A DNA stretch of 64,000 nt from Pavona decussata (taxonomy: Eukaryota): contig CDRNST010000051.1 in assembly GCA_977016875.1 (NCBI GenBank), positions 2,542,001 through 2,606,000 on the forward strand, in the 5' to 3' direction. The translations under genes were made by a program, and so were the position numbers. Each line of letters begins with the position of its first letter. Within the stretch, counting starts at the first letter, position 1. Of the stretch, positions 9,639 through 22,600 are shown piece by piece. The notes beneath the pieces are model-generated. The model worked only from the letters and a program-made list of their open reading frames with translations. It ran no database searches and had not been told where the DNA came from.

Positions 9639-9720
9639 ATGTTTTTTAAATGTTGTTGTCATCGAAATTTCTTTCTTTTAATATTCTTGGTTATTTTTTT
9701 TTGTGTTATTTATAAACCGT
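9639..9720 (+). pseudogene. 5' remnant of 2H-phosphoesterase copy C' (gene body deleted)
   Basis: MFFKCCCHRNFFLLIFLVIFFCVIYK matches the copy C N-terminus MLYTRCCQQNFVLLLFLVIFVVLVLIYK, and the upstream aggaagttATG context is conserved. Sequence at ~9780-9820 resembles the region downstream of copy C (~3885-3930), implying an internal deletion. Confidence 0.7.
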
Positions 9721-10722
9721 TAGTATTTCAGCTATTTATATATTTATGCATGTCAACAAAATTACAATTTTGTAGCTTTTCTTATTTGTATAGTTTCTTC
9801 ATTTAATGAAATACAAGCAATATAAGTAGACTTTAAGAGGTACCAGTACTTACAATAGCTATAGGTAAGGTTAGACTTTATTTTACAAGGGTAAGACTTA
9901 ATAGCGACTAAAATTATAGCCTGCGAGCAAGCTCTGTATTAGGTCAACTGCTGCTGACTCTTAGAGAACTTGTTCACAGGCTACTAAAATTACTGATAAA
10001 CTTGTGGCCCTCAAAAAAGCAAAAATACAAATTAAATCAAAATCAAAAACCTTTGATTTATATGAAGCCATTAATACAAAAAAAAAACATCTATAATAAA
10101 AGTTAAAATGTTAAAAATAGTCAAAAAATGGAAATAGCGATAAGGGAACTTAAAAATTGTGAAGTTTGAATGATTCAAATTAAAATGGCTCAGAATTTAG
10201 TTTTAATGGGTAAAATAATTCATTTTTACTGTCAAGATCCGATCCTCGATCCCTTATCTCCGATCCGAATTTTCCAGAAAACGGCGGTTTCCCTATTCAT
10301 AAATAGGAATACGCAACAAGAACATTTTATCTAAATACCACTAGAAACAAGTTTTCTGTCCCCTAGATAATTTAATGGTGTTTTCAAGAGCTATTTCTGG
10401 AAGCTAATGTTTTTTATTTCATGGGCTTGCGCTCAGCGCTTAAGCGCAGTGACAGTGCACTTGGGTTTGTTGCGTGACACTTCTGTCAATTTGTATTTTT
10501 TGGAGCTGCAATTTGCCGTGATATAAGTGTAATATTCAGATGACGCCCTAAAATTAATGCTATTGCTACCCTTGCGGTCAATACAACTGAGCAATAGTAA
10601 AGAGAAATGAAGAAAAATACATTGTACGTTTCCGCTACGAATTTTGGTATCTACTTTGGTCTACTTTCATTACGCACCAGGGCGTTCCAGAGGTTGTTGT
10701 TGTCCGTTCCGTTTCCGATAAC

Positions 10723-13700
10723 ATGACGTACTTCTTTGGAGGTCGGCTTGAGGTCGGAGGGTTTGGAAGGTGAGCTGTAATATTTTGACTCTTGTTTTCT
10801 CTTTCTTCCCCCATATAAAAGGTGATACCCCGGTACATCCCACTTTTGTAACTTGTAAAAGGACATGTCACTATTTTGCGTGAAATGTTCCTCCCATAAT
10901 TTAGCTGTAATTTGCGCTAGTAGATCGATCACGGGATAATTATTATTTTCCCTCTTTGAGATTCATTGAGATGTTGAAGATCTCAGGGCCCGGTTGTTCG
11001 AAAGCCCATTAATAAACTCTTATCTGCGTTCAAAAATTACCCGAGGTTTTCTACGCCAGAGCTCCAAGGAAGTAGAGTTGGCATCTCGCCATCCTTTCAA
11101 GATGAGAAAACCACTGAAACCTTTGGGCTCCATAGAGTCCAGAGCACCCCTCTGGACAGTGTCCCTTCAATATCCCCACTTGGGACCATAACCACTCTTT
11201 CATAAGGCCTGCAGGTTGAACCAGTATGCTATTGTTGTGGTACACTCATTTCATTCAAATATTTAGCATCAATTTAAATTTGGAACTTAATATGATCTCT
11301 GTAACTCTTGTCTTGCAAGAATTCCAGCCAAAACACACCTTTGGTGATGAGTTTGTTTATTCTCATCACCTGTATGTTTGATCAAGCAGGGTCACTGTAA
11401 GAAGAAATTAAATGCTGATCACTATTGGGGCTGAAAGGGTTTAACACATTAGATTTGGTCCTTAAAATAAGAAATGAAGTATAACTAACTACAAGTGGAT
11501 ATGCAGGGAACACTGCCCTTGTACCTGTGGAATTTTCACCAAAATGATGGTCAGATGCTGGGCTATCTTTTTCAAGGATGTACATGCAAAAAGGAGATTG
11601 ATCTGGATAAAAAATGAAAAACAACTGAAAGTTTGACATAAGACAGTTACACTCTCAGCTATTTATTGTTCTGTTGGGAATCACATAGATACATAGAACA
11701 TTTATTACAGTGCCAATCATCCTAGGATTTACACACTAACTGGTGACTCCATATAAGATAAGTTAAAACGACATCATAATTCAAATTAATGAAAATTCCG
11801 GTTACTAAATATACCCTAATTACATATTATATCTAGTTAAAAATACACTGTAAATATTAAAATTAACTATTTCACAATGACATAAATATTAAAATGTATA
11901 AAATATTAAAATGAAAATTAACTATTGCACAGTCAAATAGCATCCCTTACAACCCCAATCTTCAATTACATCTGACAAGTCTCAACTCTCTGACATTGCA
12001 GAATGGAAATGAAACCCATGGCATTGAGAGTTTAGAAGTTGATTTTGCAGGATCAAAACATGTGGCTTGGATCCCTGAAGTCACACAGCCACAGCTTGTG
12101 TAGGAAGGTTCTGCACAAACCATTTATCTTCACAAGGTGAGAATTAACCAAAAAAACCTTCCGTGGGAAGCAAGGGTGATAGGATATTTTCTGGAACAAT
12201 ATGCATTTTACTTAGCTTCATCATACAAATTTAGGCAGTGCGTGGGAAATTAGTGATTGTTATTCCCTACCATTCAACATCTAACTGACAACCAATTAAG
12301 AGATGGCAATGAGGCTTAAAATCAAGCTGGGGCCTAAGATTGATGTAGCTCAAACACTTCACAGAACGGCATCAGTGTCAGTTGTTGATTGATTGGGGCT
12401 TAATGGAGTGTAACTGTCTTGTAGTTAATTTTAGCTTGTTGTTTGTCCATTTTGTGTTAGATTTGCTGGATATTTTGCATGTGACATTCACTTTCTTCAG
12501 GAAAACTTGTCTGTGATCACAGCTTTTACTGCAAACAAAGTACAAAAAGTGTGAGGCAATGTTTCCTAAAGGAATTGAAGACGGCATGCAAAAAATCAGG
12601 CAAAGATGGGTCAACACAACAAAAAACAAGATAAAATGCACCTTAAGTCAGTTATGCTCTGGTTTCTGTTGAAAAAATTATATGATGAAAATCAATGTTG
12701 GCAATGTTTTAATGACCTCTGTCTTTCTTTTTGATCCAGATCAAGAAAGCTATTGCTTCCTTCCAGTCTTTATTTAAAGGAGCATTGCGGTTTCAATAAC
12801 CACCATGTGAGACACCTGAATTCGGACTCTACGCTACCTCAGGAGGCCCAAGTAGTGGTTTGTGGTGGTGGGATTGTTGGGTGTTCAGTAGCTTACCACC
12901 TCGCTAAACTTGGATGGAAGGATGTGTTGCTCCTTGAACAAGGAAGGTAAGGATACATAAAATTACTGAAAGGTGTTGTCAGTGGCTCTTGGAGACACTC
13001 ATACTTGTATGGGAAGCGGGGAGCATGGGATCGAGGGCAGCATGGTTTAGATTTGTGTAGGTAATGGTGTAGAAGCTAAACTTTGTAATCTTAGTGTAAT
13101 AACTTGGTTTATAATGTTGTGCTCACTATCATTCTGAACTTAAATCTTAAAATACATTTTATTCTGTTTACTTGTGGCTTTGTTCTTAAAACCATATTTT
13201 GAAGCAGCAAATTCCTTTTGCATGTCTGAAACTATATATTAAGTTGCGCCACAGTGATACTATGCAGCCATCAATTACAGTACACCCAGCTTAACGTGGC
13301 AGTAGCATGGTATTAATGGAACAGTGCTCACTAAGTGAATCTGTCACCGACTCATAAATATAAGAGTCAATGCAAGTCTTTTGAAAGTCAAAAAAGGTTT
13401 GTGTGTACGTCAGTTCTTACAATATTTTTATGGAAAACTTTCACCCAACTTAAACACCTGCATGTATTTTCATTTGACTCAAGCATAAAGGGGAATAACA
13501 AGTACTTTTCTAACCTGTCCTTTCAGTCTGACCTGTGGAACTACTTGGCATGCTGCTGGTTTGCTGGGAAAGTTACGTTCTTCTGCAGCTGAAACCAAGC
13601 TGTCAAACTATTCTGTGGAATTATACAGCACTCTAGAAGAGGAAACTGGAGTGGGCACAGGTACAAAACGAGGGCTCAACTTTCCATTTTGCCAAAATGA

Positions 13701-13895
13701 TTGGTTTAACCAGTTGACATGCAAATGGAACGAATGCATGAAATAAAAATTTCCCACAACAAACTGATGATGACCTTTGGAGGTACTCCACTCTTTCCAT
13801 TCCAACCGGTCAGAATAAAGTTGATATTTTGCACAAAATTTCCATTTCTGCTTTGTTGTCTTTTGCACTATCATTAATTAATTTTTTTATCTACC

Positions 13896-13952
<57 letters not shown>

Positions 13953-16900
13953 TTAATAATACTTTATTTATATAGCGCGATTTCCAGCGATGTCCTTTCA
14001 CGCTTTACAATTACAGCAAATAAATTTCATTACACAATACTGAATAAGAAAAACAAAATTACATTTACATGTTTAGGTCTAATATTTCTAATGTACAAAA
14101 TGGCTAAATGTGGCAACCTACGAGGTTGCAAGTTTGGAATGAATGGAAAAAAGCTTTTCCATTTTACAAGGAAAGTTTCCTGAATTTCTGAATGAGAATT
14201 TTGGGTAATTGGAAAGCACCCCTAACAAACCTACACACTGATGCCAGCATCCAACCTATGACCCACTGATAGAAGATGTTATATGTAGGTGCATGGTCAT
14301 TCAAAACATGTTGTATTCCTGTCTGCGCTGTAGACGTCTTTAAGTTAAATATGTAATGAGCTTGATATATTGTATTTCTGTTGATAGATTTCTGAGAAAG
14401 AGCCAATCAGAATTTTGCATTTTGAGAATAACACGTTATTCAAATGCTCTGGGGGTGTCAGAAGTTACTCTGCCTCCCTACCTGCATGTCACTTTTCATA
14501 CCTCTTAGAAGAATATCTCCCTAAAAGGAGAGAGGGACTGCTCGTTAAGACTAAAACTTAGCACAGAATTAATTTTTAAATGTACGTTTATACCCCTACC
14601 TTGGCCACAAAGGACGTCTCACTCTTCCTGCCACACACACCCATGTACACATATTTCTGTAAGCTGATCAGTGAGGTGGCTATTTGAAATTCTTCCTTAT
14701 AACTGATATCTTTTCACTAATTTAACGATTTTCATTGAAATTCATTGTGTCGTAGGATTTAAACGCTGTGGTGGGCTGCTTGTTGCACAAACCAAAGACC
14801 GTTTAGATTTGTTAAAAAGAAGAGCTGCCACAGGCAGGTAGGTTTTTGAAGGCATGGGTGGTTAAGTGATTAGACCAAAATGGATAAAGAGATGGCAATT
14901 AAATAGCTGCATATAATCACTTTCTTTAGACCTGGTCATTTCAGGACTCTGTTCTAGTTCACCACCTCAAATAAAGGTACTTATAAAATATAAGAGCACT
15001 TTTCCATTTGCTAGAATTGGCCGACAAGACCAGCCAGTCTGTAAATCAAATGCGTCATATTTAAAGGGATGGTGCAACAAAATTATCACTATTAAACTGG
15101 TACATGCTATTTTAAAGAAATTTGAAGGACTAGGATAAAACTTATCCTTAAAATAATATTATTAGTACATTCTGTTTATGAACTGACTGGTCTGGCCGGC
15201 CAACTCTGACAAATGGAAACTAAGTGCCCTTAGAGAAACAATTCCCCCCTTTGCATAAGTCATGAGAAAGTTGAACTCTTTACATGACTGATAAAATAAT
15301 TTTGTTCAATTCCTAAGTTGCCAATGTTCAAACTTAGCCCCTTAATTAGCAGTTGCCATTTCATAATCAAGACTGTTAATTGTCATGGAATAGCCTTAAT
15401 TACCAGTAGTTAGTTTTTGTTTTATTATTTTTTCAGAGCTTTGGACATTGATACAGAAATATTATCTGTAAGTGAAATTCGTAAGGTTTGCTCAATTGAC
15501 ATGAAAACGGATGACTTAGTGGTAAGTGCAGCCATGAGCTTCCTTACATACAAGTTTTAAGAAATGGTCTTGTAAAAAATGTTGGAATATATATATATTT
15601 CCTCTCAGTAAAGTTACCAAGATCTAACTGTGGAACTGACCACCCTGTGGCCATGCACCCTGTTTTGATAGTTTGTTGTGAGGGTTCCACTATTTGTAGG
15701 AGATTTTGTTTGATTATTTTCCCTCATTGAAAGGTGTTATGTCAACATAAATCTGTTGACCATGGAAAATTTCTTTCTTTAACTTAGCAAAAACATCTTC
15801 TGGTTCATGATGACAGTAAATTGCTGTCTTAATTAGATACATACATTGATGACATTACAAGTTACATTATTTTCTTGTCTGTTCAGTCCACCTTTCACCC
15901 TGGTAGGGTGGGGAACTTCTACATGAAAGAGCCAATCCCAGAATTTCATTTTGTAGGCATGCTTTGAACTTATTTTTACCCCTACTGAGACAATTGTATA
16001 AAGTAGTTACAATTACCTGTCATATTTATCCAAGTTTCACCCTAAAATTACCGTACGTAGGTACCAAATAACTCTGATATAGTGGTTGTAATATGTTTCT
16101 GAGTACCCATGCAGTGTTGAGGACTGTATTCACAGTAATTATGTAACAAACTGCCAACAAATGCAACTGGTTTAATGTAACAATCTTTGCACTGATTTTA
16201 CTGCAACAATCTTTGCCTCTTTGCACCTAGTGTTCTAGAAAACTAGAATCTATTAAAGTCACGCAAAGTTACAACATTGGTATCAAACCACAATTTTATT
16301 TTATTTTTTATTTAATCAACACTTTATTTCAATATACAGTGTCACAACAAGAATTTACGCACAAAAGGAAACAAATTAATTGCTTCAGTTCACATTAAAA
16401 GAAAAAAAAAACAGTGAGCTTGTACAGATCAGCTTGAGTTACTGTAGTTGTTATATAATAACAATTATATCAAATTTGCAAACAAGGGATCTGTATAGGT
16501 CTTTGTTCTTATTAAATAAATATTAATGTGCCACTATATACGGCTTACACACAAGCTTAAAAAGAGATTACAACCGCAATTTAACAAAACTGGCATACAA
16601 GGCTTTAGCCAGAAGGACATTCAGGTGTCCTTTGGATACCCAATTTTTGGAGAACTTTATTTAAAACATCCAACTTTCATCTTCTAGCTAAAGGCTTTCT
16701 GCCATTCTTTTTAGCATTTGTTCAGTCAAGTTTTGTTTTATTCTCAGGGTGGCCTCTGGATCCCGAGTGAGGGCGTGGCAACATCCAGTGATGTTTGTCA
16801 ATCCTTGGCCAAAGGAGCATCCCTAAATGGTAAGTAATGTTTGGAACTCAAATTGTCCTACATTGTCTTAAATGATTTATTATTACCCTTTGAAAAGATG

Positions 16901-19528
16901 ATGGAAGCTCATTAAGGGAATCAGAGTGGAGTCCCCTAATAATTACAAGATAGGTATGTGTCACATCAAAGGTTAATGGTTTTCAGGCTAAATAATAGGG
17001 TTTAAATTGTGCCTCTTTGTGAGAAATAGGGTGTGTCTTGAACAAGTACTGGTAACTAGAATACCAATACAGTAACAGGGATAATTATTATCCCTGTTGC
17101 TGTATTGTCTTGGGGAAATTTAGTCGTTAGATAAAAACAAAAAATAATACTCTTCGATTTGAAGAAGCATTTTAGTCATATAATGAGAACAAAAATGGTT
17201 TGCTGTAAGTGACCTGAAACAAGACATGGATTAAAATTTTAGAGGTCATTACTAAATTGGTTGCATATATAACTGGGAAATTAATATGTTCTATTTTGAA
17301 ATAAAGTTGATGCAGGTTTTGAGAATTGTGCTGTTATAAAATTATAATGACAAAAAACAATGGCCCATCACAGACGAAGTGGCTGCAATAATAATTATTG
17401 TCATTTCTCTTTTCAGGTGTCCAAATTTTTGAAAAGGTTTCTATAGAATCCATTATCACCGATGGAAAATCCATTACTGCTGTGGAAACTAACCGTGGAA
17501 ATATCAAGTGTGAGATATTGGTCAATTGTGGTGGTCAGGTAAACACTGAGGGCCATAAATATCAGTTCCCCATATAACCTCAAGTGCAGCTGCAGATGTG
17601 GGCCTCTCTGAAATGCGTTTAGATCGGTTATGCTCCCAGCCCTTCAATTGTACTTACATAGGACAATTTTGGTCTGTGTTATATGCCTGAGAAACAAACC
17701 TTAGTTGGCCTATAGTTTAGGCTGTGGTTTTGTTTAAGTTTGTCTAAAAGTCAGTTTAATAATAATCAGTCCTTGTCTCGCTGTATGTCAGTGTTGCTAA
17801 ATTCAACACTCATCTTACAAATGTGTTTTGTTTTCAACGTTTCCCCCTTTGTCTTAGTGGTTGTTGTTTTTCGTTAAGTAATAATGTGAGTTTACTAGGT
17901 AAATCCAAACTTACATATATTCTCTCTTGTTTTGTTTTTCATGCTACAGTGGGCGTGGGAGATCGGGCAGGTAGGTCATTATTTTAATAGTTTTTTGTTT
18001 AACGGTTGCTTGGAAAATGTTTTCATCTTGTTGCAAACGATAAAGAAGTCGTCGACAAAAAGCAGAAAATTTCTATTTTTTTTTTATCTGTCTTTACAAA
18101 AATGGCAAGTTCTCACTAAAAAATGGTCCACTAAAATACTTCAAATGGGCGTTTTGAAATCTCCCTACACTGACGGCCGGTCGCGTCTTGACAAGTGGCA
18201 AGTCAATGGATGGCCAACCAAACAGTTCCCCTTCATATCACAACAACTCCACAGAAACTCTGGAAAGTGTTCTTCGTAGTTCTCCGTCCTTTATCGATCA
18301 CGTATAGCATGTTCAAACAAATCAAAAGTATCATGATCATTTTCAGCCTATCAGAAGGAGAACCAAGGCAATCATTACTGAGCGTGCGTACGTTTTCCTG
18401 CTCTTTGCTCACTTATTTGCTCACCGGTCGCCGTTCGCTATGAGGTTTACTTCTGTTAGTGGTGATTGACTGGAAACCACTTGCACAGTTGACACACTTG
18501 ACTACTTGCACAGTGAAATTGTTATCCAACTTTTACAGTCAAACTTTTACAATTACAAAAAAACGCACACTTTTCAATATTTGCCCTTTTGGTCTTCAGA
18601 CTGGAAACAGCATTCCGTAGTGTTCAACAAGGAAGAAAGGAGTACCTTTGAGATATTCCAAAATTTTCAATTTTTGGAAAGTTTATAGGCTTAATCCGTT
18701 TGATTTCAATCAAAATTCCCAAAATTTTAGCTGCAAATAGTAAACACCTTCGCCTAAACTCTCACTGAATTTCAATCTCTAGAAGTGTAACCCAAAAGTG
18801 TCCTTCCCTCTGCATTCAACGGAGCATTTCTACATAGTAACCAAACCCATAAACGGAGTGCCTTCCATGCTGCCTGTGGTCCGGGATCATGACGGGCAGA
18901 TATTTTTTCGTGAGTGGAGTGGTGGGCTCATGAGTGGCGGATTTGAACTGGAGGCCATTCCTATCTTTCAAGAAGGAATTCCTGAAGGATTTGAATACCA
19001 GCTACTCCCCGAAAACTGGGAACAGTTTGGTGAGAATTTATTTTTAAAGAAGTGATTTTACATAATTCGGGAAAATGTTCTAGAGTATTTATGCTTTCTC
19101 TACTCATCATGTGTAATTCAGCGTATACGGTATGCCTCTCGGTTCTTGCATATGCAAGCTAGTGACTAGGCTTACTTACTTGAACTCTCAGCTTATAAAC
19201 ATGGCAGTCGATAGCTTCAGGTAATGAGTCCAGGTATCAATGGTGCGCATGTAATAAAAAATTTCTTTAACCTTCTAAAGCAAGGTCTGCAACAATTAAA
19301 TGTAATCATTGGGCATTTTCCTTGTTACAGATGAATTGATGAGCAAAATACTTCATCGTCTGCCAATGATGGAGAATGCTGAGATTCGACAAATGATCAA
19401 TGGCCCAGAGAGCTTTACTCCTGACTCACGCTATTTACTGGGGGAAGTGCCAGAGGTACGATAACATCGTTCTATTGATTGACTTTTAATTTCTTGTTAT
19501 GTTAACATGATACTTGATAGTCTCCTGT

Positions 19529-19603
<75 letters not shown>

Positions 19604-22600
19604 GCTACCATCGTCATCATCATCACGTGTTAACCCATGGATTCAATAGCCCTTGTCAAGATCTTCTTTTCCTGCATAGCCTTTAATCCGCGCAAAATGT
19701 CTTTGAATTAGTAGGCGCCGTCCTTAAGAAATCAGAGTTCTCGGACTATCCCAAGATGTGCGCCATGTAATGCGCAGTAGCAAAAAAAAGAAAAAAAAAA
19801 ATCGGGCTTTCTTCTGACAACTGCTTAAGTTGTGTAAATAAGTGCCAGGGTCTTTCTTCTATTTAATCTTTCACCCGCAGTTCAAATATATGTTTCATAT
19901 ATTCATGTTCAGATATCTTCTTTGTAAGAGATTCTTATATGTACGGCTGCCTAAACATCGCAGTACTACTTTCTTTAAAGGTGCACAATTTCTACGTGGC
20001 CGCTGGCTTTAATTCTGGTGGTATCGCCAACGCAGGAGGAGCTGGAATGGCCCTTGCAGAGTGGATCACAGCTGGAGAGCCCACAATGGACCTCTCATCT
20101 GTGGACATACGCCGCTTTGCCCCTCATCACAACAACAAGCGCTTCTTGCAAGAGTGCGTCAAGGAGACACTAAGCTGGCATTACCTTCTGCGATTCCCGT
20201 ATTCAGAGAGGATGCGCGCGCGTGGTATCAGATGGTCACCGCTGTACTCAGATCTGGATGCCGCTGGTGCGTCATGGGGCGATAAGATGGGATGGGAGGT
20301 TGCCAAGTGGTTTTCGCTTCCTGGAGAAGGTAAGAAGTTTGGGACACGTGAATTGACAGCTCTTCGAGTCTGCTACTGTTCACCAGTCAACTTGAATAAG
20401 TCTAGATGTTCACTACCGATTCTCAAGCGATATATTATGTGATTTTTTCATAGAACAAGAAAGAAATAACGAACAGTTAGCATTCAACATGTCACATGAG
20501 ACAAAGCAAAAATCTGATCACCTTACGGCAGTTGAACCCGTTACTTTCAAACACAGGTTGCGCGCATGCTCTAACCACTGAACCATTGGGAGACTAGGTT
20601 ATTTACTAAGTCCAAATGTGACATCAGCATTCACGAAAGCGTCCTGTGTGGTGAGATAGAAAGTGCTAAAGGAAAGAAGAAAAGAATGGAAGGGAAGGAG
20701 GGAGGGAAGGACGTTTTTAAGCTCGGTCATGGATAAGGAACATTTATAAAGTTTTTTGTTGATTCTCGCGTATCAAATGTGTCGTGCCGATCCATTTTTC
20801 CAAAGTTATTCTGCTCATTGTTTGTTTTTTGGTTCCCTGATTTTCCTTTATTATGTCGCAGTGCCCCGAAAACGAAACAATTCGCGCTGAAGGCTGTTGC
20901 GAGTAAGTTGTATGCAGCGGATGTAGGCAAACGTTTTATGTGTAAATCGGCCATTAGATGACCCCCTTTGTGTCCCATAATTGGTCTGTGTTGTTGTTAC
21001 ACATACAAATAGTCAGCAGTTTTTGGTCATAAACATTATTGAGTAAAAGCAATATTTCTCAGGTGTTCGTTTTGTTTTATTAGACCACCCTCCTGGGAAT
21101 GGATTTGGCAAACCGAGCTGGCTTAACAGTATGGAACTGGAATATAAAGCTTGCACTGAGGGGGTGGGTGTAGTGGACTTGACCTCTCTTGGTCTGTTTG
21201 AAATTGAGGTAAGGCAAACATCAGCCCACTACAGGTGAAGCTCTGCGTACGAAAACCTTCACACTGATACGTACCTCTCCTTATTACGGGCAGTTCACTT
21301 GGCTCCAGTGAACTTTACGATCGCGCCTCCACATCCACGTTAAAGAATGAACCATTCTTTTCCAATTAGAGAGAGAAACAGCATACTTGCAAGTCTCTTC
21401 AACTTAATTCTTTCTTTTAGAACTCTATAAGGTCAACATGTTTTCTCTCTTTGCAGTCTCCCAAAGATGGTGAGTGTGAGGGTTTTCTTCAGTACTTGTG
21501 TTCCAGTGATGTCTCTATGCCCGTGGACCACGCTGTACACACACTGGTGCTTAATAAACGGGGAGGAATAGAACTCAAGTGTACTGTGTTAAGAAGTACA
21601 TACAACAGGTGGGATTATCCATATAGTGTACAAGAGTTAAGACAGCATCATATCGTTCCTTTCGGTATCCATAGCTTGTAAAGCAGATACGCAACGGGAG
21701 ATGAAGAACCTTTCTCTAGCTTCGCTTCCTTCTGAACAGTTGATTATCTAAAGGGAGTATCTAAGGCAGATTCCAAGCTAAGTCATAGAAACGAAATGTT
21801 TTTTCGAAATTTTTACTTTGGATAGGAAAAATTATAGTCTTTGGTTTCTTTGTTTCTGCGTTCATTGAGTTCTTCACTTGGTCATTTCAAAATAATTGTG
21901 ATCCAACCAATCAGAGCATACATACTGCTTTTTCAACCAATCAGATGCAAAGGTTAAGTCAGATGTTACCTGAATTACGCGACTTTTCCCGCGCTTGGCA
22001 CCGTTTGCATGTTTTTACCAAGAGTTCAGGGACCAGATTCACCATGCCTTCCTAAGTTAAGATGCATCCTTAGTATAATTTCATAACAATAGCCTATTGT
22101 TAGACTAACAATAGGCTATTGTTAAGAAACAATACTAAGTAATATATCAAACACGAGGAAGAGTGTTTCCTCCGATTTCCAAACACCGAGAAGTAGGTTA
22201 AAAAGACGAGGCGCAGCCGAGTTTTTTTTAACCAATTTCGAGGTGTTTCGAAATAAGAGGAAACCCTCTTTCGAGTGTTTGATATAGCTTCCCAAACTAT
22301 TGATAATTCTTGGAGAAATTCGAAGCAAAAGTTCACAAAATTTTATGATAATTAAGATCACATTTCTAAACCTCCTTCACGGTAGTGATTTGCTTTGTTT
22401 TGGCTTGATGAATCATAAATGAGTTTGAGAAGGAGACATCTTAGGAAGGCTTCCTGAATGTGGCCCCTGATTCGTTTATTTCGGTTTTTGCTTTGATGTT
22501 TGCTTTGCCTGGCAGTAGTCTATTTCTTGTAACTTGGCTGGTTTCATTTTATACAAAGCGGATGCTGTGGAAAGCTGATCCAGCTTTTCCTTCTTTTTTC

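Larger units (their letters stand above)
1..9830 (+). repeat. Tandem segmental duplication: unit 1 (~1-4070) and unit 2 (~4071-9830)
   Basis: Non-coding 1-720 aligns to 4072-6340 once three MITE insertions are removed. Gene order A-B-C is repeated. The sequence after the B stop (2385-2480) matches 8063-8150. Confidence 0.85.

Noticed and set aside
20530-20590. tRNA gene
   Set aside because: Only degenerate A/B boxes with no acceptor or anticodon stems; it fits a SINE.
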